DNA of 63,657 nt, filler included, from Octopus bimaculoides (taxonomy: Eukaryota): NCBI RefSeq assembly GCF_001194135.2. It is 6 parts of 5 records of this genome, joined end to end, with 100 filler letters (N's around TTAATTAATTAA, not from the genome) between each part and the next. Parts side by side here need not be neighbours in the genome. Positions count along the whole stretch, not along the records: positions 13,009 to 32,253 come from NC_068982.1; positions 32,354 to 50,144 come from NC_068983.1; 4 more parts are not named here. One strand, 5' to 3'. Below the pieces are notes generated by a model, which was not told the DNA's origin, ran no database searches, and was given only the letters and a program-made list of their open reading frames with translations. The translations under genes and the position numbers were made by a program. Of this stretch, positions 27,682 through 38,626 are shown piece by piece (position 1 is the stretch's first letter; each line of letters starts with the position of its first letter).

Positions 27682-28085
27682 TTTGCAGGCACAAACTCTG
27701 GAATTTGTGGGGAGGAGGATAGTCAATCACATCAACCCCAGTCCTTGACTGGTACTTAACCCTTCTGTTACTGTATTTATTTTGAGATGCTCTGTGTTTC
27801 TTTCAATTACTTTAAATATAGCAAAAAATTTAGTAAAATAACTTAATCATTCAGCTAGTGTTAGGAATATAAATTGTGACTAAAGTTTGGTGGAAGATTT
27901 TAATTCAAAACTTATGAAAACAAGACATTTGTACTCAGAGCCAGAACCAGCTTCAGTCGGGTTGGTAATGAAAGTGTTAATTTATCGACCCCAAAAGGAT
28001 GAAAGGCAAAGTTGACCTCGGCAGAATTTGAACTCAGAACATAGCGATGTCCAGCATGCTAACGATTCTGCCAGCTCACTGCCTT
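27682..28085 (-). mobile_element. SINE family B split by a MITE
   Basis: 5' part 27977-28085 and 3' part 27682-27759. Confidence 0.85.
27760..27976. mobile_element. piggyBac-type MITE inserted into a SINE at TTAA
   Basis: TTAA duplicated at 27756-59 and 27977-80. Removing it restores the SINE sequence ggtacTTAAtttatcgacc seen intact at 57536-57554. A second copy lies in opposite orientation at 13794-14013. Confidence 0.85.
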
Positions 28086-28149
28086 TAAGTAGGATGTCAA
28101 TATTGCTATTCAGTACTCATGCAGATTCTGCCACATTGGTGGAAGAACT

Positions 28150-28184
<35 letters not shown>

Positions 28185-29339
28185 TGTTAAGGTTATATCC
28201 ACAGATTTTCTGTAGAAGTTATCGTCAGCACTGATCTGTTATGATGTTTTGTATCCGAATACGTGTAATGCAAACAACAATGCGATCAAAGATGGAAAAA
28301 TAGATAATGGGTGTATATGCCATATTTCAAGAGTTTTAGCTACTTCATCAACACCTATCCAACCCATTAATCATCCACGGACTCATTGCTTAATTAGCCA
28401 CTAAATATAGCGGTGTAACATTATTGGATATATTAATTTACATATTAGAGACATTCCTGGCAGGTAGTACATGAATATTAATGACTTGCAGGGAACCAGT
28501 ATTTCGTTATGCATCCATATCATACTACTAAGTATATCAAATGCTTTAGAAGTCAATACTGTGTTCTACTGTGTTAGCAGTGTTATTAAATCCCATGTTA
28601 AGATTATCTCTATGGATTTTCTATAGAAATTATAGCCAGCACTGATTTGTTTCAAAGTTTCTTATACAAATATCCAATGTAAACAATAAAGCAACACTGG
28701 CTCAGGATTGAAATTTGCTTTGGGGTTGCAAAATCAGGCCCAAAATCTTTTACAAATAAGGTCATGTTTTTTTTTATATTTATTATTTATGTTCTTTGCT
28801 CTTTGAGAAGAAACCTAATTCAAGCTACTTTTGACCAATCACTTTTTACTCACTGTTTTCTAAACCTGAGAAAAGTAAGTAGGGGTGTAAATTTTGATTT
28901 TGCACCCCACAAAAATTTTAGTGGGTGCACTTGTGCCCCCTGTTCCTGGGCCTGTGCAAAGCGATCAAAGATAGAAAAAGTAGGTAATGGATGTGTGTGC
29001 ATATTTCGTGTGCTTTTGCTCCTTCTTCAGTTCCACAAACCCATTGCTTAAATAGCCACTAAATATAGTGGTGTAATATCATTAGATACATGGTCTGTAT
29101 CAAAATGAGTGGGGTGGTACTAAGTGCTTATGGTTAAAGGGGAGAAGGGAAAGAATACCACTTGTGAGGGTGTAGAGGCTATGAAGGAAGTGAAATGTAG
29201 TAGGTTAGAGGAATTTGCAAAGGTAACGATGAGAAAGAATAGTTTAATAAGAGGGATGGTATTAGTTGAGGTGGTACGTGGCTAGGCTAACCTAGTCATA
29301 CCTTAAGGTTAATTTTAATTAAGGATACTTATAGTTATG

Positions 29340-32025
29340 AGATTACACAGATTTAATAAATCAGGCAAATGACAAGTAGAACCCGTGTTTACAAGACAGT
29401 ATTACATCTGAGAATCTATTAAGTAATGAGGGGTTGTGCTGGTGAAGGATGGTTATTGATTCTCTTAAACATAGTTTACACATACTGATGTTTGCACTGC
29501 ATGAAGGAGCCTCACTTACAATGGACAAAGATAGGGTATAGGGAGCATTTTGAGATTTAGAGTTCTGTATATCAGTTGCTAAGGAGGTAGATAATTTAGA
29601 ATTTGGATTAGAGAAAGAGTTCATGTGTGCATGGTATCAGTGCTTGAAATTGACAGTGCTGCCAATATAAGCCCTTACTTGGTGAGAGCATGGTGTTATA
29701 ACATGGCACTTATAGATTACATTTTTATGCAGACAAACCTGTAAGAGGCCAAAGTTGAGAAACCCAACAATTGCAAGTTTTCCTACCTGCTCTACAGTTG
29801 GAGTTTACCACCGAGGAAGTCAAATTCCAGTGGTCCATTATTAGTGAACAAAAACTGGAAGTACGATTAGTATTAGATTAAGAGCGGGGTATCTATGCTA
29901 GTATATGTAGTCACATGGGGCGTGTTGTGAGAAGATGCCTCAAATCTGTCATTATTTAGTTGAGGGTTGTATTATTTCCACTTAATTTGGGGTGCAGTGT
30001 ATCAAATTGCAGGTTCCAAGGACTGGCATTGTAGTTTGTGTCTGTTAGAGGGGCAATTATGGATCCCAAATTAGGTGTGGTGGAGTAGGAGATTTTATCT
30101 GATGATTTATTTAAGATGGGGTAGTATTTATGCTATAGTGGGAGGTTAAAGTTTAGGATTTTAAAGAAAAGTTGGATCTTTCTGATTTGGCAGGCGTCAC
30201 TTTTTATTTATGTTTTATTTAGTGTGTTTTCTACCGAAACACTTTAAAACTTCCTATACTTGTATATTTTGTCGTATAGAACAGAGAAAAATATTTTATA
30301 TTCGAAATTATTTCATGTTAAAAGTTGTCGTATTTCGGTAATTTCAACCAATCACTGACGTCTATTGAGGTGAAAACAATTACTGCTCTGGAGTGTAAAC
30401 AACATGTTCTACCGGTGTAATGGGATCTTTTCCCTTGAATAAAATTAGTGCCGTTGTTTGTCAATAACTATCGGCGGTACTATTATTTATGAAATTGTTC
30501 GTGTGTTTGTACTGGTTTTAGCTTTAGGGTTTTAGGGTTAGGGTTCGGGTTTTAGAGTTTGGGTTAGGGTTAGAGTTAGGGTTATGAGTATTTTTGCAAA
30601 AATACTCATAAACCTAACCCTAAAACCCTAAAGCTAAAACCAGTACAAACACAAACGATGTCATAAATAACAGTACCGCCGATAGTTGTTGACAAACAAC
30701 AGCACTTATTTTATTCAAGGGAAAAGATCCCATTACACCGGTAGAACATGTTGTTTACATTCCAGAGCAGTAATTGTTTTCACCTCAATAAGCGTCAGTG
30801 ATTTGTTGAAATTACCGAAATACGACAATTTTAACACGTAATAACTTTAAAAACATAAATTTTTCTCAATAACACTAAGAGTAAAAGATGCTTTATATGA
30901 CACATTCTACCAGTGTCCCAAGTTTGAAAGTGTTTCGTTAAGAAAACGAGTGGCGCCCGCCAAATCAGAAAGATCCGAAAAGTTTAGGTGGAGGTTTAAC
31001 TTGGAGGGAGAAAGGTGCTGCAAACCATAAGATCTCTCGCTTCCTGCCTTTAGAATGTTTAGAGGGTGTAGATCTAGATAGGGAGGCTTATAGTTATTAT
31101 AAGTTTGAGGCAGCCAGTGGGGCTGTCGGGTGTGATGTACAGGAGGTTTTCTTTTTGAGAGTTGATGGATTGATGTTGAGTGGAAGAAAGGTCTGTGGAT
31201 TCGGCGCTAGTATAAGGAAAGAGACGTGCAATTTTTGTTTTAAGCTTCGTATTGGGGATATAAGAGATCTTTTCATGGAAGCCACTTATCTGGAGAGCCT
31301 GATCATAATACAGGGAGGGCATGGTTGTTAAAAATTTCTTCATTAGCAGATATGTTGGAGATTCTGATAGAAATGCCTGTGACTATATTATTAAAGGTAA
31401 CTTTAGGGTGATTTGATTGGACGTTGATATTTTGTAAAAATTGATTGGCTTTTAAGGAAAGGGTGATATAGATTTGTATTTAAGCCCAGGATAACGTCTA
31501 CGAAATTGACTGCCTTAGTGTCAATTTCAAACGAGATACTCAGGTTATATACTAAAATTAATAATCACATATAGGGTCCAATTTCAGGATTAAAGCAGTA
31601 AAAATAGTTTATTTCCCATCTTCAGTACAATATAGTCAAAGAAACATAATCACAGATATTTATACATACCCATCCATTTCTCAATGTCAGATTGAGAAAT
31701 GGATGCATACTTTCAAGCGAAGATTAAGGCTTTATTTAACAGGATTGGTGATATTAAAGAATAATAATTTGAGATGTCAAACTGAAGGAAATGGGTGTGC
31801 TGTTTATGAGGAAGAGAGTGGAACCAAGTGATGAAGTTACCAGTACAAAGTGGAAGCTTAATGTTAGTCTTAACTAGAGGTAGAATTTGATTGATAATGC
31901 ATTTATTAATTTGACTCAAGTCTAATTTAGTGAGGCAGATCAGTTTAATAGAAGGCTTAGTGGAGAAGTTGAGCTTATGGTCTTTCAGGGTGAAGCGGGG
32001 GAATTTAGGTGTATATGGTTCAGTT
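29340..32025 (-). mobile_element. Degenerate Penelope-like element (RT plus GIY-YIG region), interrupted by the foldback element at 30174-30976
   Basis: FITWFHSLPHKQHTHFLQFDISNYYSLISPILLNKALIFA; VNFVDVIL..SNHPK..ISIRISNISANEE; KISYSTTPNLGSII; C-terminal MCKLCLRESITIL..LLNRFSDVILSCKH. Confidence 0.85.
30174..30976. mobile_element. 803-bp foldback / long-inverted-repeat non-autonomous DNA element with a telomere-like core
   Basis: Termini GGATCTTTCTGATTTGGCAGGCG and CGCCCGCCAAATCAGAAAGATCC. Exact 8-bp TSD GAAAAGTT (30166-73 and 30977-84). Inner arms of about 225 bp are roughly 94% identical by hand alignment. TTAGGG-like repeats face CCCTAA-like repeats around a perfect 30-bp palindrome centred at 30596/30597. 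Confidence 0.88.
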
Positions 32026-32253
32026 CATCATCATCATCATCGTTTAACGTCCGCTTTCCATGCTAGCATGGGTTGGACGATTTGACTGAGGACTGGTGAA
32101 ACCGGATGGCAACACCAGGCTCCAGTCTGATTTGGCAGAGTTTCTACAGCTGGATGCCCTTCCTAACGCCAACCACTCAGAGAGTGTAGTGGGTGCTTTT
32201 ACGTGTCACCTGCACGAAAACGGCCACGCTCGAAATGGTGTCTTTTATGTGCC
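32026..32253 (-). mobile_element. Short retroelement with an RTE-like 3' end
   Basis: On the minus strand it ends ..catggaaagcggacgttaaacgatgatgatg. Related ends lie at 2897-3075 (+) and 15885-16095 (+). Confidence 0.7.
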
Positions 32254-32353
32254 NNNNNNNNNNNNNNNNNNNNNNNNNNNNNNNNNNNNNNNNNNNNTTA
32301 ATTAATTAANNNNNNNNNNNNNNNNNNNNNNNNNNNNNNNNNNNNNNNNNNNN
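32254..32353. other. Artificial assembly spacer (44 N + TTAATTAATTAA + 44 N)
   Basis: The same 100-bp construct occurs at 12909-13008, 50145-50244, 55275-55374 and 61078-61177. The 12-mer gives stops in all six frames. Confidence 0.95.
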
Positions 32354-32407
32354 TATATAAGCATATATGCATGTATGAACATATATATGCATGTATATGT
32401 GCATTTC

Positions 32408-32451
<44 letters not shown>

Positions 32452-32691
32452 TGTACACACACAGACACACTTCAATCTAGAGATCTTATCAATTGATGTG
32501 TAAGCATTGACAAGAAGTGCCGACGAACGATGCCGTTTGTTCGGTAAGTATCGCTGCTTGTCTTATAAACAAACTCACACACACACACACACACTTTTGC
32601 GCTAAAATAACAGCTGTATTTCCTCATATATAACATCTTAAACGAGACTATATTTTTAACTAGGTAGATAGATAAAGTAAAGCAAACTTAC

Positions 32692-32782
32692 CTTCAGGTG
32701 AGAAGCATTTCACGTATGTGACGTAGAATAAGAGTAAAGCAACCGCTCTTTTTAAAAACCTTAATGTTGTGTAAGGCGCCAT
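32692..32782 (-). CDS. Putative first coding exon (signal peptide) of the Cys-rich LDLa/VWC-like gene
   Basis: Hand translation gives MAPYTTLRFLKRAVALLLFYVTYVKCFSPE+G: a basic n-region, a hydrophobic core and a plausible cleavage near VKC-FS. It ends at a consensus donor GAAG|GTAAGT in phase 1, matching the phase-1 start of exon 26866-26962. It is separated from that exon by an artificial spacer gap (32254-32353), so linkage is inferred. Confidence 0.5.
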
Positions 32783-32808
32783 GAATACTTATGATATTAA
32801 ATATATAT

Positions 32809-32876
<68 letters not shown>

Positions 32877-33424
32877 ATATATATATGATATATATATATA
32901 TTAATTATTGGATATGTTTGAGTTGGTGGTTATTAAGCCACGGAATTGTAAAAAAAAAAAGTTACGTCTCTCTTTTTCTTTTCTTATATAAACTATATGA
33001 TGGAAACGTGCGTTTGTCTTATTAGCACTGGACGATGAAAAGTCAAGACACTGACTCGTTTGAAGTTAGATAGTATATCCATTCTGTGAAAAGAAACATA
33101 TGTACAATGTGTGTATGTGTGTGTGTGTGTGTGCGCGTCCGTGTGTAATAATAATAATTATTATTATATATTGGGCTGTATGTGTTTTATAGATATACAC
33201 AACACGTGCGTTTGAATAAAGAATATGCTGTATAAATACGTATGATATATGTTATATGTATATATATATATGTGCGTGTATAGGTCTTGTATATATATAT
33301 ATATGTGCGTGCGTGTATAATATTTGTTGAGCGAACTTGAGCGATTTCGCTAAATGCTCCGTTCTGGAATACTTCGTTACTTATAAATGATTTCGAATGC
33401 TGCTGATGTGATTGTTGTTGTATC

Positions 33425-33485
<61 letters not shown>

Positions 33486-34098
33486 ATCCTATAATGTAGC
33501 AGTAATTCTGATGGTGGTGGTGGTGGTGGTGGTTGTTGTTGTTTTAGGTGGGTTTGTTTTCCCCCCGTCTAACTTGTTGCTGTTGTGTTGCTTTCTTCAA
33601 TAAATACACGCATGTACGTATAATATAAATATATACATATATATTTATATTTACTTGTGTATGTATGTGCGCGAGTTGTGTGTATGTAGTTATGTGGGTA
33701 TGTGAGAGTGTGTGCTCGCGTGAGTATGTGTGTACATATGCATATATTAATGCGTGTATGTTTTTCAATAAATTCCCAAGTTTGATCTTAACTCCAATAA
33801 GGCAAGCACTTTCGTAACGGCACTCGAGTAATTCGCTTTCCAGACAGCGCTTTTCGTTTTTTGTTTTTTTTAAACGACTAACATACTCTTCCTCTCTTCC
33901 TCTCTCCCTCTCTCACTCGCTCATTCACACACACGCCCGCGCACACATTCTCTTCCTCTTTCGTTCTCCCTCCTCTGTTTTCTCTCTCTCTCTCTCTCTC
34001 TCTCTACCTGCTGCTTCTGCAAATGTCCTTCCCCATAACTTCGTGTACATCTATTCTTCTTCATTCATGCACCTTATTTTAAGCCCGCCCTGTTTCAC

Positions 34099-34131
<33 letters not shown>

Positions 34132-34141
34132 NNNNNNNNNN

Positions 34142-34179
<38 letters not shown>

Positions 34180-34532
34180 CTTCTCTCTTATCCTCTCTCT
34201 CTCCCTGCTAATAATTAACCTTCCTCCAATCATAATTTCTTTTATAGAATTTCCCCGTATTTAATCCGATCACAAAATTTTTTTATTTATCTAATTACGT
34301 GTCACACTGCATGTTTTTGTGTACATTCAAATAGATACGTGCTTACATATCTATATGCACACACACACGCACACACACAGGCAGATAGATATGTGCTTGT
34401 CTGTGCATTGTGTGTGTGTTTGCGTAAAGAAGTTCGCTTCACAACCATTTAGATTCAGGTTCGATTTCAGTAAGCTGCATCCTGTGCATCGGGTTTCCCA
34501 ATTCATGTGGCCAGGATTTTGCTCAGAAGCCC

Positions 34533-34534
<2 letters not shown>

Positions 34535-34580
<46 letters not shown>

Positions 34581-34667
34581 CCTACCTATCTATCTACCTA
34601 CCTATCTATCTACCTGCTTATCTATCTACGTACCTATCTATTTATCTACTTATCTATTTATCTATTT

Positions 34668-34721
<54 letters not shown>
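34535..34721. repeat. (CTAT)n followed head-to-head by (ATAG)n
   Basis: Directly visible inverted tetranucleotide microsatellite pair. Confidence 0.9.
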
Positions 34722-34722
<1 letters not shown>

Positions 34723-34907
34723 CCTCGTGAAGCACATCTATGTATTCAGTTCAATAAACGCACACGTACACACATACCACTTTGATAGGTTCTAAGACAT
34801 ATACATCATCATTCTTATCATGCTCATATGCACAGACACACACACACATTATCATGCACACCCACATAACACTATGAAGACAGTTCGACAGCGTCTACAT
34901 AGCGTCG

Positions 34908-34961
<54 letters not shown>

Positions 34962-35143
34962 TGTATGCGTTGGAGTTAGTGCAGATGTAGGCTTCACGAA
35001 CACGCACACACTACCATATGCATATACGACTACAAACTTCACAAAACCAACACACACGCATACGTATAGCGCGACACCAACTCTACAGTGTTAAGATGTT
35101 AACCGATACAAACACACACAAATATACATGCGTCACACATGCC

Positions 35144-35177
<34 letters not shown>

Positions 35178-36049
35178 AACACACACACACACACACACAC
35201 ATACGTACAAATATAGAAACACATACAAACACCAGAAAATCACACGGGTATACCACCACATCNNNNNNNNNNNNNNNNNNNNNNNNNNNNNNNNNNNNNN
35301 NNNNNNNNNNNNNNNNNNNNNNNNNNNNNNNNNNNNNNNNNNNNNNNNNNNNNNNNNNNNNNNNNNNNNNNNNNNNNNNNNNNNNNNNNNNNNNNNNNNN
35401 NNNNNNNNNNNNNNNNNNNNNNNNNNNNNNNNNNNNNNNNNNNNNNNNNNNNNNNNNNNNNNNNNNNNNNNNNNNNNNNNNNNNNNNNNNNNNNNNNNNN
35501 NNNNNNNNNNNNNNNNNNNNNNNNNNNNNNNNNNNNNNNNNNNNNNNNNNNNNNNNNNNNNNNNNNNNNNNNNNNNNNNNNNNNNNNNNNNNNNNNNNNN
35601 NNNNNNNNNNNNNNNNNNNNNNNNNNNNNNNNNNNNNNNNNNNNNNNNNNNNNNNNNNNNNNNNNNNNNNNNNNNNNNNNNNNNNNNNNNNNNNNNNNNN
35701 NNNNNNNNNNNNNNNNNNNNNNNNNNNNNNNNNNNNNNNNNNNNNNNNNNNNNNNNNNNNNNNNNNNNNNNNNNNNNNNNNNNNNNNNNNNNNNNNNNNN
35801 NNNNNNNNNNNNNNNNNNNNNNNNNNNNNNNNNNNNNNNNNNNNNNNNNNNNNNNNNNNNNNNNNNNNNNNNNNNNNNNNNNNNNNNNNNNNNNNNNNNN
35901 NNNNNNNNNNNNNNNNNNNNNNNNNNNNNNNNNNNNNNNNNNNNNNNNNNNNNNNNNNNNNNNNNNNNNNNNNNNNNNNNNNNNNNNNNNNNNNNNNNNN
36001 NNNNNNNNNNNNNNNNNNNNNNNNNNNNNNNNNNNNNNNNNNNNNNNNT

Positions 36050-36230
36050 ATATATATATATATATGCGTGTGTGTGTTTGTGTGTCTGTGTTTGTCTCCC
36101 CAACATCGCTTGACAACCGATGCTGGTGTGTTTACGTCCCCGTAACTTAGCGGTTCGACAAAGAGACCGATATAAATACTAGGCTTACAAAGAATTTGCT
36201 CGACTAAAGGCGGTGCTCCAGTATGTGTGT
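36050..36230 (+). mobile_element. SINE family A, 3' part
   Basis: caacatcgcttgacaaccgatgctggtgtgtttacgtccccgtaacttagcggttcg; follows a gap. Confidence 0.85.
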
Positions 36231-36431
36231 GTGCGTATGTGTGTGTGTGTGTGTGTGTGTATTTTTTTGTATCAGTTTATATTGTGGTGGTGGTGTTGTA
36301 GTTATGTTGTAGTACACGTATGAGTGTCNNNNNNNNNNATTGTGGTGGTGGTGTTGTAGTTATGTTGTAGTACACGTATGAGTGTCTGTTAACAGTGTAG
36401 CAGTGCAGGTGTTTTGGTGCATGTTGGTGAA

Positions 36432-36765
36432 GGTGCATGGCTCTGTTGTTAGAGAGTCGAGCTTACGATCGTGAGGTTGTGAGTTCGAATCCCGGACCGG
36501 GCTGTGTTCTTGAGCAAGACACTTTATTTGTTCACGTTGCTCCAGTTTACTCAGCTGTAGAAATGAGTTGTGACGTCACAGGTGCCAAGCTGTATCGGCC
36601 CCTTTGCCTTTCCCTTGGATAACACTGGTGGCGTGGAGAGGGGAGGCCGGTATGCATGGGCGAACTACTGGTCTTCAATAAAACAACCTTGCCTTGACTT
36701 GTGCCTGGGAGGGTAACTTTCGAGGTGCAATCCCATGGTCAGTCATGACCGAAGGGGGTCTCTGA
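36432..36765 (+). mobile_element. tRNA-derived SINE, family D
   Basis: gcatggctctgttgttagag..gagttcgaatcccgg..cttgagcaagacactttat..gctccagtttactcagctg. A partial copy lies at 50035-50144. Confidence 0.78.
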
Positions 36766-37875
36766 TACATATATATATATATACGCGCACACAAAGCCAA
36801 TTTGAGAGTTTCTACCGTGGTAGCTACTGTAATATAATTTAAGTGGCGATAGATATTACCTCGCGGTATTAATAGTACCTCTGTCGCTAAAGTGTGTGTG
36901 TATGTGCGTTATGCAAAGTTATATAGAAGTGCACTGGAAGGTTTGATACGTAACCAGATGTTTGGGTTCAATAGAAAGTTCCATATTCCACTCCTGTAAT
37001 CCAGCGGATGGTTTAGCATGCCTCGGTGGGATTTGAAAATAGAACATTGAATGTCATAACTGGCACTGTATTATTTACGACAGCGTGGTTTCCAGTTGAT
37101 CCGATCAACAGAACAGCTTTCTCGTGAAATTAACGTACAAATGAATGAGTACTCCACAGACATGCATACCATTATCATAGTTCGTGATGGTGGTACGTGG
37201 TAGGGGATTCAGCGTAACACAAAATGTAACAAGGCTGGCTCTTTGAATTACAAGTACAACAGACTTACTCCCAGCTGAGTAGACTTGAGCAACATGAAAT
37301 ATAGTGTCTGGCTCAATGACACAACGTGCCGCCAGGAATCGAACTCACGACCTTACGACTGTGAGCCGAATACTCTAACCACTCAGCCATGCGCCTTCAC
37401 AACGTCATAACAAGTACTGCAAGGCATTACTGAGATCAACGATTCCTTGATGCACTATGTTACGTAAGATATATACTTGTAGCTTTGTCAGGAGCGGAAG
37501 CATTGAGTTTGAACAGTTGCTAGACGTCTATGCTTAGCAACAAACCCTGTTTCAAATATCATACGACCGTTTAAAAACGGATGAATATACTTGGTAAAGT
37601 AGTCCAGAATATAAAACTCCGTGTGCGTTTCCCTCTGCTTGACAACCGTTGGCTGTAAGTTAGTTTACATTCCTGTGAAAAAGCGGTTCAGTAAAAAGTG
37701 ACTGATACAATAAGTTCCAGACGTAAAATAATTAGTGAGATCGATTTGATTGATTAAATTCCTCCAGATTTATGCCGCTATCCAATAACTGAAAGAAAAG
37801 AAAGAAGAAGAAAAAAAGAACGCACACTCAAACCATAAAATATCATAAAAATGCTGCAAGCTAACAGAATCACTA

Positions 37876-38290
37876 AGGCGCCGGTCAAAATGCTAAGCAA
37901 CTGTCTTTACATTTTGAGTTCAGATTCCGCCGAGGTCTACTTTACGTTCATATTTTTGGGGTCGATAAAATAAGTACCCGTTGAGCTCTGGGGTCGATGT
38001 AATCGACTATTCACTTACTCGAAATTGCTGTCCTTGTGCCAAAATTTGAAACCATTATTATTATTATTAAAGCAGCGAACTAGCAGAATCGATGGAAGCC
38101 GAACAAAATGATTAACAGCATTTCTTCCGTCTTTACGTTCTGAGTTCAAATCCCGCCGAGCTCGACTTTGCCTTTCATCCTTTCGAGTTTGATATAAAAT
38201 AAGTACCAGTTGAGTACTGGGGCTGCTATACTCGACTTAACCCCTTCCCCGAAATTCCAGGGAATACTTGTGCCTATAGTAGAAAAGATT
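37876..38290 (+). mobile_element. Two tandem SINE family B copies
   Basis: The second copy starts in the (ATT)n tail of the first at about 38068. Confidence 0.8.
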
Positions 38291-38303
38291 ATTATTATTA
38301 TCA

Positions 38304-38570
38304 TTCAGTAGTTTTATTTTTATAACATGCTTTCACTTCACTACCGAGCGCAGCTCTGTGTGCCTTGGGTATGTGCTGTGGTTTGCTGTGATGCTCTTAT
38401 GGTTAGTGTATTGAAAGTGTTTTGCGTAGGATGTGTGCAGTGCCCAGTAGTGCAATTTTCTGCATGTTATATATATTTGTAAGTCCTGGTGTTTTTGTTA
38501 TGTATTTGTCTGAATAATTTTTTATCATACCTAAGGCACCTACTATGATAGGAATTGTTTCTGCTTTTAG
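38304..38570 (-). mobile_element. 5'-truncated R4-clade 3' end
   Basis: LKAETIPIIVGALGMIK..MQKIALLGTAHILRKTLSIH* plus 3' UTR, with (AAT)n at both ends on the element strand. Confidence 0.85.
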
Positions 38571-38587
38571 ATTATTATTATTATTAA

Positions 38588-38626
<39 letters not shown>

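Noticed and set aside
30520-30635. True telomere-telomere fusion site
   Set aside because: The repeats are few and degenerate and sit inside an element with TIRs and an exact 8-bp TSD, which indicates transposition.
36281-36388. 48-bp direct repeat
   Set aside because: The copies flank a 10-N gap and are probably an unmerged contig overlap.
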